Below the pieces are notes generated by a model, which searched no databases, had not been told where the DNA came from, and saw only the letters and a list, made by a program, of their open reading frames with translations. Below are positions 1-11,124 of a stretch of 56,553 nucleotides of DNA, piece after piece; within the stretch, counting starts at the first letter, position 1; every line of letters starts with the position of its first letter. Source of the DNA: Trypethelium eluteriae (taxonomy: Eukaryota); the NCBI GenBank assembly GCA_051942245.1, contig JAVECL010000090.1, positions 1 to 56,553 of the forward strand, read 5' to 3'. Made by a program: the position numbers and the translations under genes.

Positions 1-1209
1 GGGGGCCGCTGGTGGAGACCATGAGGGTGAGCATGGCGTGGTGGTTGAGTAGGAGGAGAGAGACGAATTCGTCGAAGGGTGAAGGCTGAATCCAGTGATT
101 GGCTTTCGAGGCGTTGTGGATGTTGAGCCAGAAGGCGAGCTCGACTTGGATGCGATGTTGCCGGACAAGCAGGGTGGGAGGTGGTTGGACGTTGTCCGAA
201 AGATTTTGCTGATGGTACTGATTTTTCAAAGAAAGAACTTTGTTAACCAGTCGGTCCAGACGTAGTTTTGCATGATGGAGAGATCTGAATGACGAGGCTG
301 GAAGCTCGGATTCGAAGGCCTGCAGGCTGAAAAATACATTATGATTCAGCGGGTTGAAGAGTGCAGCCCGGAGGTGCAAGCTCAGTAATACTTCTGCGAC
401 CCAGTCATCGATAGGAGCGGGGGATGGCCCAACTAAGATAATTCCGTCGTCTGTCATGGTTGGGCGAGGATAAAGCACACGAAGGAGTTCGACTCCGTTA
501 CGGAGATGAGTTTGAGCGGTCCGGTAACGACCGCGAAGTAGTTCTAGGCAAAAGAACAAGATGCAAGCAATGAGGGAAATCCGTGTCAGCGACCTGTCAT
601 CAACCACGCAATGATGTTGAAGATAGTTGATTGCCTTGCTATAATGCTGTAGCATAGACTTCTCCTGTTCGTTGGGGAGGCTATCCTGACCTCCGAGACG
701 ATTGCCATCCTGGACCTCACTCTTGTGAGCTGCACTCAAGGCCAGTATAGCATGTAGCACGGCTGGTTCGTCTACACTCGCCTGAAAAACGAGCTTCTTC
801 CAAAAAGTCAGAACGAAAATACCAGGGAGCTTCAGAGAAGTCCGGCACTTGAACCAATCAAGGTAGGCCTTATCCTCTGCACTCGCGGCCTTGGCAGAAA
901 CAAGTCTGACTGGAATTGGGCAATGTGGGACATCGTTATATCTCTGTAGCCTATCAGAGCGATAGCTAGGAGCGTAACCTCCTCCACCCCATATCCCATA
1001 GCCGTCGCAATTCCGTCCAGTAGAGACACAACGCCGACAAGCGGGGCGACCCTCATCACATTTCACCTTTCGAATCCTATTCCGCATAAGACTCACGGCT
1101 CTCGAAAGGGAAGCGCGGCTGGAAAAATCACTCACTTGCATGTACGGCACCCAGTCTTTACCTTCGCTTTTGTCGCACGGCTTTTCCGCACCTGCTGATC
1201 CCAGGCCAT
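1..1209 (-). CDS. Zn(II)2Cys6 transcription factor with fungal-specific TF domain (3' end runs off window)
   Basis: ATG at 1209; exon 1 1209-1136, intron 1135-1077 (GTGAGT...ATAG), exon 2 from 1076. Spliced product reads [34 protein letters not shown] (C-x2-C-x6-C-x6-C-x2-C-x6-C), then YLDWFKCRT...FWKKLVFQASVDEPAVLHAILALSAAH, typical of the Fungal_trans_2/DUF3468-type domain. The real coding frame is absent from the ORF track. Confidence 0.9.
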
Positions 1210-1645
1210 GAACGTAGGTGGTGTTCTGGACAGAGGGAAGCCATGATAAGGCGAGGCGAAGGAGACAGTCTCTTTCCAAATGACGTTGAACTATTCCTGA
1301 GTTAGCTTGGGGCTGCTGAGAAGACTCATCCTCATCATCTTCATGCTCCTTAGCTTGGGTTCGGTAATCACGCTAACTCTGAGGCTCCGACTGGTTGGCT
1401 CGGATTTGGCGCAGGCTGATTGGTCAGGTCCTGCGGCGCAAGCATCTCAGGGGACCGCTCCTCCAACACTGACATGCAACAAGCTCAGAGATGTTTCCCG
1501 GAACCCAGAAAATTCGCAGAGCGTCCCCTCGAAATTGGAAGGGATGTGCTTTATTCATAGATATCCGTCGTTCATCTCGTCGGATAACGGACTGTACAGT
1601 TCCCGTGGGCGAAGAGAAAGATGTCCCAGCTGCAAGCTCACTACC

Positions 1646-1654
1646 TATATAAAT
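1646..1654 (+). promoter_or_regulatory. TATA box of the aldo-keto reductase gene, inside the divergent TF/AKR intergenic region
   Basis: TATATAAAT about 125 nt upstream of ATG 1778; CGG triplets (CGGATAACGG ~1581-1590, TTCCCGGAA ~1495-1503) lie upstream. Confidence 0.45.
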
Positions 1655-1777
1655 GCTCTCATCGTCTTCCCAGTTTCCAAGACATCAGCCTCTGTCTTGG
1701 GTGAGCTTTGAGGAAGCTACTACTTCTTATTTCAAAGTCTACCCTAATAGTCCAGTTGCCAGATCCTTTCGGTTAAC

Positions 1778-2943
1778 ATGCCTACCAAGCCCGTCCCCCT
1801 CCGCCAGCTGGGCAAAAATGGTCCCGATGTACCAGCCCTGGGATTTGGTCTTATGGGAATGTCACTGCCTCATTACGGTACTCTTGAGAACGACGAGGAA
1901 CGCTTCAAGCTACTCGATCGTGCCGTCGAGCTGGGCGCCACGTTCTGGGACAGTTCCGAGTAAGCGCGCTCCACCACCATCTTTCAGCTGCATAAGAGAG
2001 TATGCTGATGATGAGTCGTACTAGTCTGTATGGAGACAGCGAAGAGCTTCTTGGTAAATGGTTTCGGCGTACCGGAAAGCGAAATGACATTTTCCTTGCG
2101 ACTAAGTTTGGAATCGTTGCGCAGAAGGACCTCTTAAAGCCACGCTTCGATAGCTCCGCCAAGTACTGCAGAGAATCCTGTGAAAAGAGCCTCAAGGCGC
2201 TTGGTATCGATTGTATCGACCTATACTATGTTCACCGGGTCAATCCTGAGACGTCTATCGAGGAGACCATGCGCGTTCTTGTCGAACTGAAAAAGTAGGG
2301 CCGGCCATGCTGCTTTCCAACCCCGTCGCTAACACCACCTCGTAGTGAAGGCAAGATCAAGCACATTGGTCTCTGCGGGGTAACCTCCTCTACACTCCGG
2401 CGCGCATGTAAGATCCACCCGGTCGCAGCCATCCAAGAGGAGTACTCCCCTTTCTTGCTTGACATCGAAACCGACGAAGGCACTCATCTCCTGCAAACCT
2501 GCCGCGAGCTGGGCGTCGCTGTCGTCTGCTACTCACCATTGGGCCGCGGTATGCTCACCTCAACGTTCCAGAACGGTGCATTCGGCTGCGACCCCGGCGA
2601 CGCGCGTGCCAAGGTTTTCCCACGGCTTATGGAGGAGAACCGGGATGCAAATCAGAAGCTGGTGGCCGAGTTTGGGGCGCTGGCAGCGAAGAAAGGATGC
2701 AGCACGAGTCAACTGGCACTCGCGTGGTTGCTCAAGCAGGGACAAGACGTCATCCCGATCCCAGGGACGAAGAAAATGAAGTGGTTGGAACAGAACTGGG
2801 CTGCGTTGGATGTGGTGTTGAGCGACGAGGAGGAGGCGGAGATTCGGAAATTTGTGGAGAGCGCGGGAATTGTCGGGGATCGCACTCCGCCGCAGTTTAA
2901 GGAGGCCGGTAGTCTAGTGGATACAAAGGAGGAGGGAACTTGA
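1778..2943 (+). CDS. Aldo-keto reductase (YakC/AKR13-like)
   Basis: Exons 1778-1959, 2025-2294, 2346-2943. Motifs LGFGLMGMS, FWDSSDLYG (catalytic D, Y), FLATKFG (K), IDLYYVHR (H), EGKIKHIGL, YSPLGRG, IPIPGTKK. Confidence 0.95.
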
Positions 2944-3734
2944 GGGAGAAGGCGAGGAGCTCAACCATCCCGTGGTTCAAACTATGAGCTGCTCAGTCTA
3001 TTCGTCTCATTTTGCGCCAATTTTGGAATTGGCCGTTTTGATAGACACCTATGCAATCGTCTCCACTCTCTTTTCCGTCTTTCGTTCTCACTGCCTTTCC
3101 CTCTTCCTTCTTCACTCTCACCTACACAATGAAAAGCGTGCCGATCATAGCTAGCGCCAAACGTCTTGGGCGGTCCGCCCGTTTTTCACAACGTATTTCG
3201 TGTGGACAGCTGAGATTTGGCTGGCGTGATTTATCCTACGCTTCTTGAGATCTATCCCACTTTGTCAGCTGCGACTTAAGAAATGCACTTGCGGCGGCTA
3301 AACAGCGTGTTCGCTGATTGGCTTTGATCAGCCGGAGGGTTGGCCGGGGGATTAACGGATGTCCCGCATCGAAAAATAGATCGAGTAATCTAGCCTCACG
3401 GACGCCGCATTGTCGCCAACACGTCCGGATCCAATGGAGACTGATAGGATAATCCTGAGCGAGGTGTAAAGGACGAGCTCGACACTTCATAATGCAGAGT
3501 GATGTCAGGGAACTGGAAATCGCCTTGCTGGACACGGGCAAGCGCCGAGTGACCGGAACCGGACGTTTTCGATGACTTGTGCAACTCAAGGTGCGCATAA
3601 GTTCTGCGTTTACTAGTAATCCGAGGCTCAGCTCAAGGGTCTTGTGGAATATATATGATGAGAGAGAGCTCGTAAACTGTCAGAGAATCTAAATGACCTT
3701 TTCTTCAGCTCATTGTTTCCACAGCCAAATTAAG

Positions 3735-5539
3735 ATGCATTCAACCAAGCCAGGTTATCGAAGAATTGCTGCAGAGAAGAAGTTACAACAGACTAACAAG
3801 ATCCCTAAAGATTGGCTGATTTCCGCAGATACACATCGCAGCTCTACCAATGTCTTGGACGTGCCAGTTACTTGTGGCATCTTGGACAATGTCGAGTGCG
3901 AAATCACGTCGGATTACGACGCTACGGCACTCCTGGAGAAGCTCAAGAATGGAATTTGGTCTGCCGAGCAAGTGACGATCGCCTTTTGCAAGCGGGCTGC
4001 TATTGCGCAGCAGCTGGTCAGTTAGCCCAGATGTCCCCACTGAGTTTGTAGTTGACGAACTTTAATGCGAAATCAGACCAATTGCTTGACTGAGATCTTC
4101 TTCGACGAGGCAATCGAGCGCGCTCGCCAACTTGACAAAGATCGACAACAAAATTCAAGTGGCAATGCTCTCCGACCTCTCCACGGCCTACCAATCTCTC
4201 TCAAAGACAGTTTCCAGGTGGCTGGGTATGATACATCAACAGGCTTGGCCTGCTACGTCAACGAGCCAGCAGAAGAGAACAGCGGCACTGCCGCTATGCT
4301 ATTGGATTTGGGCGCAGTACTCTACTGCAAGACCAATCTCCCCCAGTCTATCATGACTGGTGATAGCGACAACAATGTGTTTGGCAGGACTTTGAATCCT
4401 CGCAATAAACTCTTGACTGCCGGCGGGAGCACTGGTGGCGAGGGTGCGTTGATTGCGCTTCGTGGAAGTGTGCTAGGAGTCGGCACCGATATATTTGGGA
4501 GCATTCGTGTCCCATCCGTGTGCAACGGCATCTACGGCTTCCGACCCAGCGTTGGGCTGGTGCCTCATGGTGGTGTCCGCGATCTCAGCGTACCTGGGAC
4601 GGACTTTATTCGTTCGACGGCTGGGCCCATGGCGACATCAATTCGGGATTGCCGTCTCTTTTTAAAAACACTAATGCAAGCAGGCACCTGGAGATATGAC
4701 AGCACCGTCATCTCGCTGCCATGGACGAATATTGAGGCCAAAGAACATCTGCGCATCGCCGTGGTTGAAAATGACGGCATCTTCACACCATCGCCTCCGA
4801 TTCGACGGGCCATGAAAGAGGCAGTGGCTCTTCTGGAGAAGAGCAAAAGTATCGAGATTATTCCATTGACCTTGCCAGATGCCAAGGAGCATTGTCAAAA
4901 TCTCGTCAGCCACTGGGCTGTCTCAGGGAATGACGTACGTTAGACAGAAGCCTCTCGTCTTGTGCAAGCTAACGCGATCCACCTAAGCACTATCTTGAAC
5001 AGTTTGCCCGCACGGGTGAGCCAGTCGTGCCATCACTCAAGGCGCTCGGGCTTCTTGACATGAAGGGAACGACCCTTAAGGGCCTTTTCGACCTTAATGT
5101 TAGCCGAGCTGAGGCGGCTAAGAATTATCTCCGCCTGTTCCGGGACAACAATCTTGATGCAATCTTGATGCCTCCAGCGCCTCATACGGCGGTCCCTTTG
5201 GACACTTGGAGCACGGCAACTTACACAGGCTTGTGGAACTATCTCGATTTTCCCGCTGTGGTACTACCGGTGGATGAGGTACGAGAGTCAGACCTGGCAG
5301 ACGACGTGGGCAATGCAAAGTTTGGACCAGAAGATGCTCGGCTGTACAGTCTCTGTAAGGACAATAAAATATCCGCTCTTCCATCAGATGTTGTGAGCTA
5401 ACGCTTGACTCATTCAGACACTGGCCCCAAAGATTACAAAGGCGCACCTATTTGCGTTCAGGTAGTTGGATATAGGCATGCTGATGAGGCTTTGCTAAAC
5501 ATTGCGACAATACTGGACGCGATCCTGAATAGCAAATGA
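3735..5539 (+). CDS. Amidase-signature family protein (general amidase/acetamidase-like)
   Basis: Start at 3735 (alternative in-frame ATG 3693). Exons to 4016, 4077-4934, 4988-5354, 5418-5539 (TGA). Ser-cisSer-Lys triad motifs PLHGLPISLKD, AGGSTGGEG, GVGTDIFGSIRVPS; C-terminal GAPICVQVVG. Confidence 0.93.
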
Positions 5540-5755
5540 TTAGAAATATGCGACGTAGATTACGGCCAAGGATTAGAAATGGCCGACTCGCTCTTTCGAT
5601 CTCGGTGTACAGCGCCATTTGCCTTTCCATGTGCGTGAGTGCCGATTTGAGATACTAATGGAATTCACATCCCGTTCTTGACCGTAGTCGCTGCAATCCT
5701 GGTAGATCACAATAGCGTAGTACAAGACTATCCGAGCAGCTACCAGTCAGAGAAA

Positions 5756-7156
5756 TCAGGCTGCGTCCGTATAATGCAAGACCACACATGGCTTGTAGAC
5801 CGAATCGAACCAGCAGGATGTGAGAAGCGAGTCTCGCTCGCGCCAAACTCTTGACAGAAAGGTCTTTGCTGCTTTCTGTACAAGTGGAGCAAACCGATCC
5901 ACATAATCTTCCACGGTCTGAAACGCTTCAACTCGTTTCATGGGATCTCGAATCTCAATAGCTGCAACGAGAAATGGCAAGGTCACGCATTGCATTGGCC
6001 GCTTTGTGACCCGCTGCGCCAGCTTAAGCTCCATCATAATCTCCTTCGACCAGATATCGGCCTGAATGTCCTGCTGACCAAACGTAAACCGCAAACGATG
6101 GCTCACGAGGAGCGCTGCTAATCGATAGACTTTTGCCTGAGCAAGGAGGTTGACAATATCTGCTGATTGAAATTGATCAACAAGATGATCCCGATGAGAT
6201 GGTTGCCATGCCTCCACGGCAGTGTGAATACCGTTCAATCGTTCCTCGATGCGGACCAGGTAGCTCGCGTCAGTAGTATTGACGAGTGAGTGGCTCATGA
6301 CACACAGATCATAGTAATACGGCAACAGGGGCAAACAGAGACCGAGGTAGCGATCCACTCTCTTTAAGTCTCGCAGCTGAATTCTCACAGTTGGTACTCG
6401 ACGGTGGACCACACAATCCATTGTCTCAAGCATCACAAGGAAACTCCACCATGGCTCTGCATCTGCACATGGTATCGATGAGTCCACGAATGGACTTGTT
6501 ATACGGAGGCAGTGGTGACAGATGTCTGCGACACCAGATCCAACGGCAGCATACACAGATAGCGCCAGTGCTCTTCCGAGAATAAGACAAATAACGGCAT
6601 CCTTCGAGTTCGCAACGGGGAGCGATCGCAGCATTTTCATCGCCGATGACGCGTGACGGAGAGTAGCGCTCTTATCCACTTCCATCGCGATGTCAGGCCG
6701 GTGGAGCAGCTTCAGCGTGCTAGCATATGCAAGATAAGCATCTTTGAGGACTGGCCAGGCAGAACGCAACGAAGCTGCCAGTGACTGCTGCTCCGCATCT
6801 CGAAAGACAGGGCTGACCACGTAGAATTCCAGGTTTTCAGGCCGGTCCAGGAGATACATCAGCAGCTCCTTCTCCTCCGGCGGAAGATCGGGGACATCAT
6901 TTAGCCACGCACCAATATCGAGAGCACTATTTTCGACGGTGGTGGATGAACTTGATGTGCCTGAAGCTGATTGTAGCCGGTGGCGTGGTCTTCGGCCTGC
7001 TGGTCGCACTGGGCGAATAGTTGAGCAGACCAAGCTGAGCCTGCTGCACCTTGTACAGGCTCCATTAGCAGAGGCTCGCACGCATCGCTCCTTGAGCTCG
7101 TGACATCGATCGCAAGCCGTCCTGATCGGTTGCTTCGACGCCACGGGTGCTGCCAT
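5756..7156 (-). CDS. Zn(II)2Cys6 transcription factor (intronless)
   Basis: ATG at 7156 (the track starts at an upstream non-ATG codon, 7192). TACDRCHELKERCVRASANGACTRCSRLSLVC matches C-x2-C-x6-C-x8-C-x2-C-x6-C; helical C-terminal TF domain (TLPFLVAAIE). Convergent with the amidase. Confidence 0.92.
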   Translation of the reverse strand: MAAPVASKQPIRTACDRCHELKERCVRASANGACTRCSRLSLVCSTIRPVRPAGRRPRHRLQSASGTSSSSTTVENSALDIGAWLNDVPDLPPEEKELLMYLLDRPENLEFYVVSPVFRDAEQQSLAASLRSAWPVLKDAYLAYASTLKLLHRPDIAMEVDKSATLRHASSAMKMLRSLPVANSKDAVICLILGRALALSVYAAVGSGVADICHHCLRITSPFVDSSIPCADAEPWWSFLVMLETMDCVVHRRVPTVRIQLRDLKRVDRYLGLCLPLLPYYYDLCVMSHSLVNTTDASYLVRIEERLNGIHTAVEAWQPSHRDHLVDQFQSADIVNLLAQAKVYRLAALLVSHRLRFTFGQQDIQADIWSKEIMMELKLAQRVTKRPMQCVTLPFLVAAIEIRDPMKRVEAFQTVEDYVDRFAPLVQKAAKTFLSRVWRERDSLLTSCWFDSVYKPCVVLHYTDAA

Positions 7157-7385
7157 CAGACGCGCAACGATGAGAAGAACTGTCGGTGTCACAAGCTGTC
7201 GGCAGAAACGAGTTTACGATAACGACACGAGGGAAACTCTCTTGCAGTGCGCGGAATGAGCATGGCACTGACGAATGCCGATTCGGCACCGGCCTCTCCT
7301 GTCATTGAAAAAGGCTTGCTGACTTTATGAGGAAGATGCTGTATCAAGAAGCAAGAGCCAACCGTAAGCGGAAAGCATGCAGTAC

Positions 7386-7406
7386 GCACGTGATTAGAGC
7401 ACGTGA
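7386..7406 (-). promoter_or_regulatory. Tandem E-boxes (ATCACGTGC x2 on minus strand)
   Basis: GCACGTGAT at 7386 and 7399 (13-bp period), about 230 bp upstream of the Zn2Cys6 ATG at 7156; matches the bHLH RTCACGTG consensus. Confidence 0.4.
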
Positions 7407-8880
7407 TACTTGCTAAACCCCTGGCATTAGGTATACTCCGTACACCAGAGTCTATCTGTTGAGGTGCTTGTCTACCAGTTACTCAAATTAATCTTGACAT
7501 AGGCGCCATGCTACTACTACTCCACGCTCTACAATCCAGGCAAGTATTGATACAGAATGACATGATGCACTAAGGCACGCTAAACCTTAGCGAAAAGCCA
7601 GGTGGCGTTTTATGTGACTCCCTTTTCCCGGCGGAACTCCCGGCTCGCTGTCTTCTAACTGTTCAGCTTCATAAATGTTCGGGGGTGTAGACTTCCGTGA
7701 TCGAGCCTTCGTCTCATCTCTTCGAAGCCCGAAGAGATGTCCAAGGTCGTGATTGAGCAGGGCAGAATAGCCGAGCCGCAAATCCTTACCATGAACGTAA
7801 CGATCTACGGCATGCCTAAACTACTTTCGTTTAAAAGTTAAAAGGAGGCATCCTACCACCCTACGGAGGACGATCTGAATAGCATCGGAAGAACGATGAT
7901 AACCTCACATACTTTCGAGGGGAAGATTGAGGTCCTCAAACAGGGAATGCGTTTTCGCTTCAGGTGGTCTTTTACCTCTCGGGGACAGACATTCGACGGC
8001 TTTGATTAATCAGAGCTCGATGCATCTCTTGCTTTTCTCTTAAATCGATGTTGCTACTTCAGATCGCACAAGAGGAGATGTACCTAAGCTGCGCGATACA
8101 TTTATCTAGCCTTGTCTTGACACTAAGCTAATTGTGGCAAAGTACCCTCGTTCACTAGATGGTGACATATAACCTAAGCAACCTTGCATAAGGCTGAACT
8201 TGCACATGCCTTAGTCAGAATCACTGTCTCAGAAGATGCAAATCAATCTGACATCCTGGATAAAACGTGTATTCCGTTGAATTCTTAAGCATAACTTGAG
8301 CTAGGCGATGGGCTGGTTTGAGCTAGTCAGCGATCTAACAAGTCTTTTACTTATCATCTACTAGTACGATAGTGACGCGGATAGGAGGATATTGTAAGCC
8401 CAAAAATAGGCAGGTAGATCTACCCGAGGTGACATTGGTTGGTCATCTTGCTGATAAAAGAGTATCTCATAATAGAGATGCAGGAAAACATTGCCTCTGA
8501 TAATATTTAGCGTCCTGTTCCCTTTGGTCCTACACATTGCAGGACACAAAATTATTCATGTTTATACCAGTTTTAGATTGGGGTTCTCGGGTAGTAGTCG
8601 GGATGGAACAGACTTGCTGACAAAGGAGAGACACCCAGTCTACTAGAATGAATTAGATTTATGCAGCCTTTAGAGCCGGTGTAGACAATATGTTCCCGGG
8701 TTTGATAGGAGCGAAAGCACTCAAGATAGAAATGCAGACTGGGAGAAGTTTTGAGTAATCATGACTAAGATAATAAATTTTCTCTCTATCTATTATTTTT
8801 GGGTATCAAGTAGACCCGCCTGCTTCCCATTACCGTGACGCCGAGTCTGTGTCCAACCAAAGCATCATGCTGTCCTTGCT

Positions 8881-9386
8881 TCAAGGGCCGCAGACGAGTT
8901 CCAGGCTTTGCCATGGGCCGCCTTCGGGAATGCAATCATAGTAAGTAGTCAAAGTTGCTGCGCTGCCAGGGCCTGTAAAGGGCGTTAGCACTGCTGCAGC
9001 GACTCGGAGGCGGTAAGAAAGGCTCACCAGTGCAGTCGGCGCTAGAAAACAGGCTCAATGAGCAAGGGCCAGTAGCAGCGAGGGAGTTGGCTTCCTCGAC
9101 ATAGGATGAGAAGGAATACGGAGGAACGACACAGCCGGAGCCGGTGGTGACATTGTAGCTGTAGAAGAGAATGTCAGCGCAGGCTCGGTTAGTCGTCTAA
9201 TGGCAGCTCTTACTCATTCGGCTTCAGTCCTGAGTGCGGGTTCTCCGACATCTGGCAGCCGACAACTGCGTAGGGAGCAATGTTGACTGTTGCTGGCGCA
9301 GAGTCCTGACGGGCTTCGAGAGGAGCAGCGCTAACGGCAGCAAAGGCCGCGGCGAGGCAGAGAAACAAATCACGGGTGTGAAACAT
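8881..9386 (-). CDS. Small secreted cysteine-rich protein (131 aa, 6 Cys)
   Basis: Exons 9386-9214, 9158-9028, 8972-8881 (396 nt). Both introns have GT donors, GCTGAC/GCTAAC branch sites and TACAG acceptors. Product: MFHTRDLFLCLAAAFAAVSAAPLEARQDSAPATVNIAPYAVVGCQ...DYNVTTGSGCVVPPYSFSSYVEEANSLAATGPCSLSLFSSADCTGPGSAATLTTYYDCIPEGGPWQSLELVCGP. Signal peptide plus LEAR propeptide. Confidence 0.85.
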
Positions 9387-11124
9387 CGTAATATGGAGAC
9401 TGCTTTTATGTAATAAGACTTGTAAAAAGAGCAACTGCTGAAAGACTTTTCGAACTGTGAGAGTGGGATGAAGAGAATGAAAAAGCGACGAAGGAGGATG
9501 CTTTATATTTTGCGGCTTCCTTTTGGATCTCTATAATAAACTTGATATGGACCAAGAAAAGTCCGCCATGTAAGACGCACTAGTAGATACGAACCGTTAA
9601 CTGCACGGAGGTCTACCCAGATTATTGAATGAACCGTCTCGTGTTCTTGGTAACATCGGGCGTCGTTTGGGACGGGATAGCATGTTCGTCGTAGTGAAAT
9701 CTTGTGGAGACGGGCTGCAGCTCAGTCGCGGACTAGGCTCGCAATTTGGCCACGAGGCGCACGGCACGAGCATGAGTTCTCTGTAATGTTTTTCGTCCAT
9801 CCCTGACTTCTTCCACAATGAGCGGCGACTCCAATGTTGAAAGAGACTGGTGAGGGCACAAATGGGGGAGAAAGACGATGGATTGAACTAGATGAGAGAA
9901 GCTAGAAACTTCACACGGACCAGGCTCCGCTAGCTCCTGCCTCGCACCGAGTGACCGGTCACGCCGGTCCTCTCCGGGGCAACCCTTCCGCTGTCCGGTG
10001 CACGTGGGACGGTAGCAGCTTTCCAATCCGTCTGCTGCTTCTTTCCTGCTCGAAGCCAGATACGGTATCGCTCGCATTGAGTGCAAATGAGATTTTGAAG
10101 CCATTTTCGGTCAGCTCGTTGAAGGCGTTCATGCCTTCTGCCCTCGCTTCTCGAACCAAAAGTATTTTTGGAGTGGCTGAGCAGCGGACGCCACTTTGGT
10201 TGCCGGAGCTTAACCAAAAGTAGCTGTTGATTGCTGATGAGGATTTCAACCCAATTTACATATTTGCTTTGTCGAGGCACCTCGACCACCTCGACCGTTA
10301 CTTCGAACTCTCTCGTGTCTTACTTGGTACAATCCTCAGAGACATAAGCTTACTGGCAGCATTCCGTACTAGCAGCCACTAAATGATTCTAACGCTTCGT
10401 TGCAACTTCGTGGCTTTTTATGCTATCCAATCAACATAATTACGGATGGCTCCGGCCAATAGATAACGCCACTCATATCACTGTGGTTGAGGAAGGTAGT
10501 CCAAGTCAAATCGGTGGCGTAAATAGCTGCATTCAGATATGTCATACCTTGATGTACTGGATCCCTGAAATACGTGGATCGGTCGATAATTTGAGGTGGT
10601 GATATAGAGAATAGGATATATATAACGGAATCGGATTAATGGATATAGCTAATATCTCATTCAAGAAGGCGAAAGAGAAAGAAAAAATTAAAGTCATATG
10701 GCATGTCCATTTTTTGAGGTGTGTATTTGCTTACATGTTGTCTATTTATTTTTATTTTTTTAATAACTATTTGACATAGTGCCTGTGTAAGCTGTGTCTG
10801 TTCTTAGACTTGGGAGGAGGTTGGAGGACACCGAGTTCTCATTGGCTGTGATGGGGGAATTGAGAGATTGATCGGTAATTCTCTCATAGCAAGGGAGCCT
10901 ACGTCATGATGCAAAAGTGGTGCACGACAAAAATATTGTGGGAGTAATGCCGGCTACGTAAAACTTCTCTTGTGCGAGAAAGTGGACGTCAGCTTTCGTC
11001 GGAACTCGTTCCTTAAATCGGAAACAAAAGCGTGTGATCCAACCCTGAAGTGGTAGCCTGACATCAAGCCGACCATCCCTTAATCATATCAGCTCGATGA
11101 CGGTGAGGCCGACTGACAATCCTC

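Noticed and set aside
1307..1711. 134-aa ORF with a hydrophobic N-terminus
   Set aside because: Starts at TTG, lies in the divergent promoter and spans the AKR TATA box; no recognisable domain
9597..10330. Overlapping 70-120-aa ORFs, one with a CTQC motif; possible gene relic
   Set aside because: No family motif or consistent splice structure could be established; needs blastx
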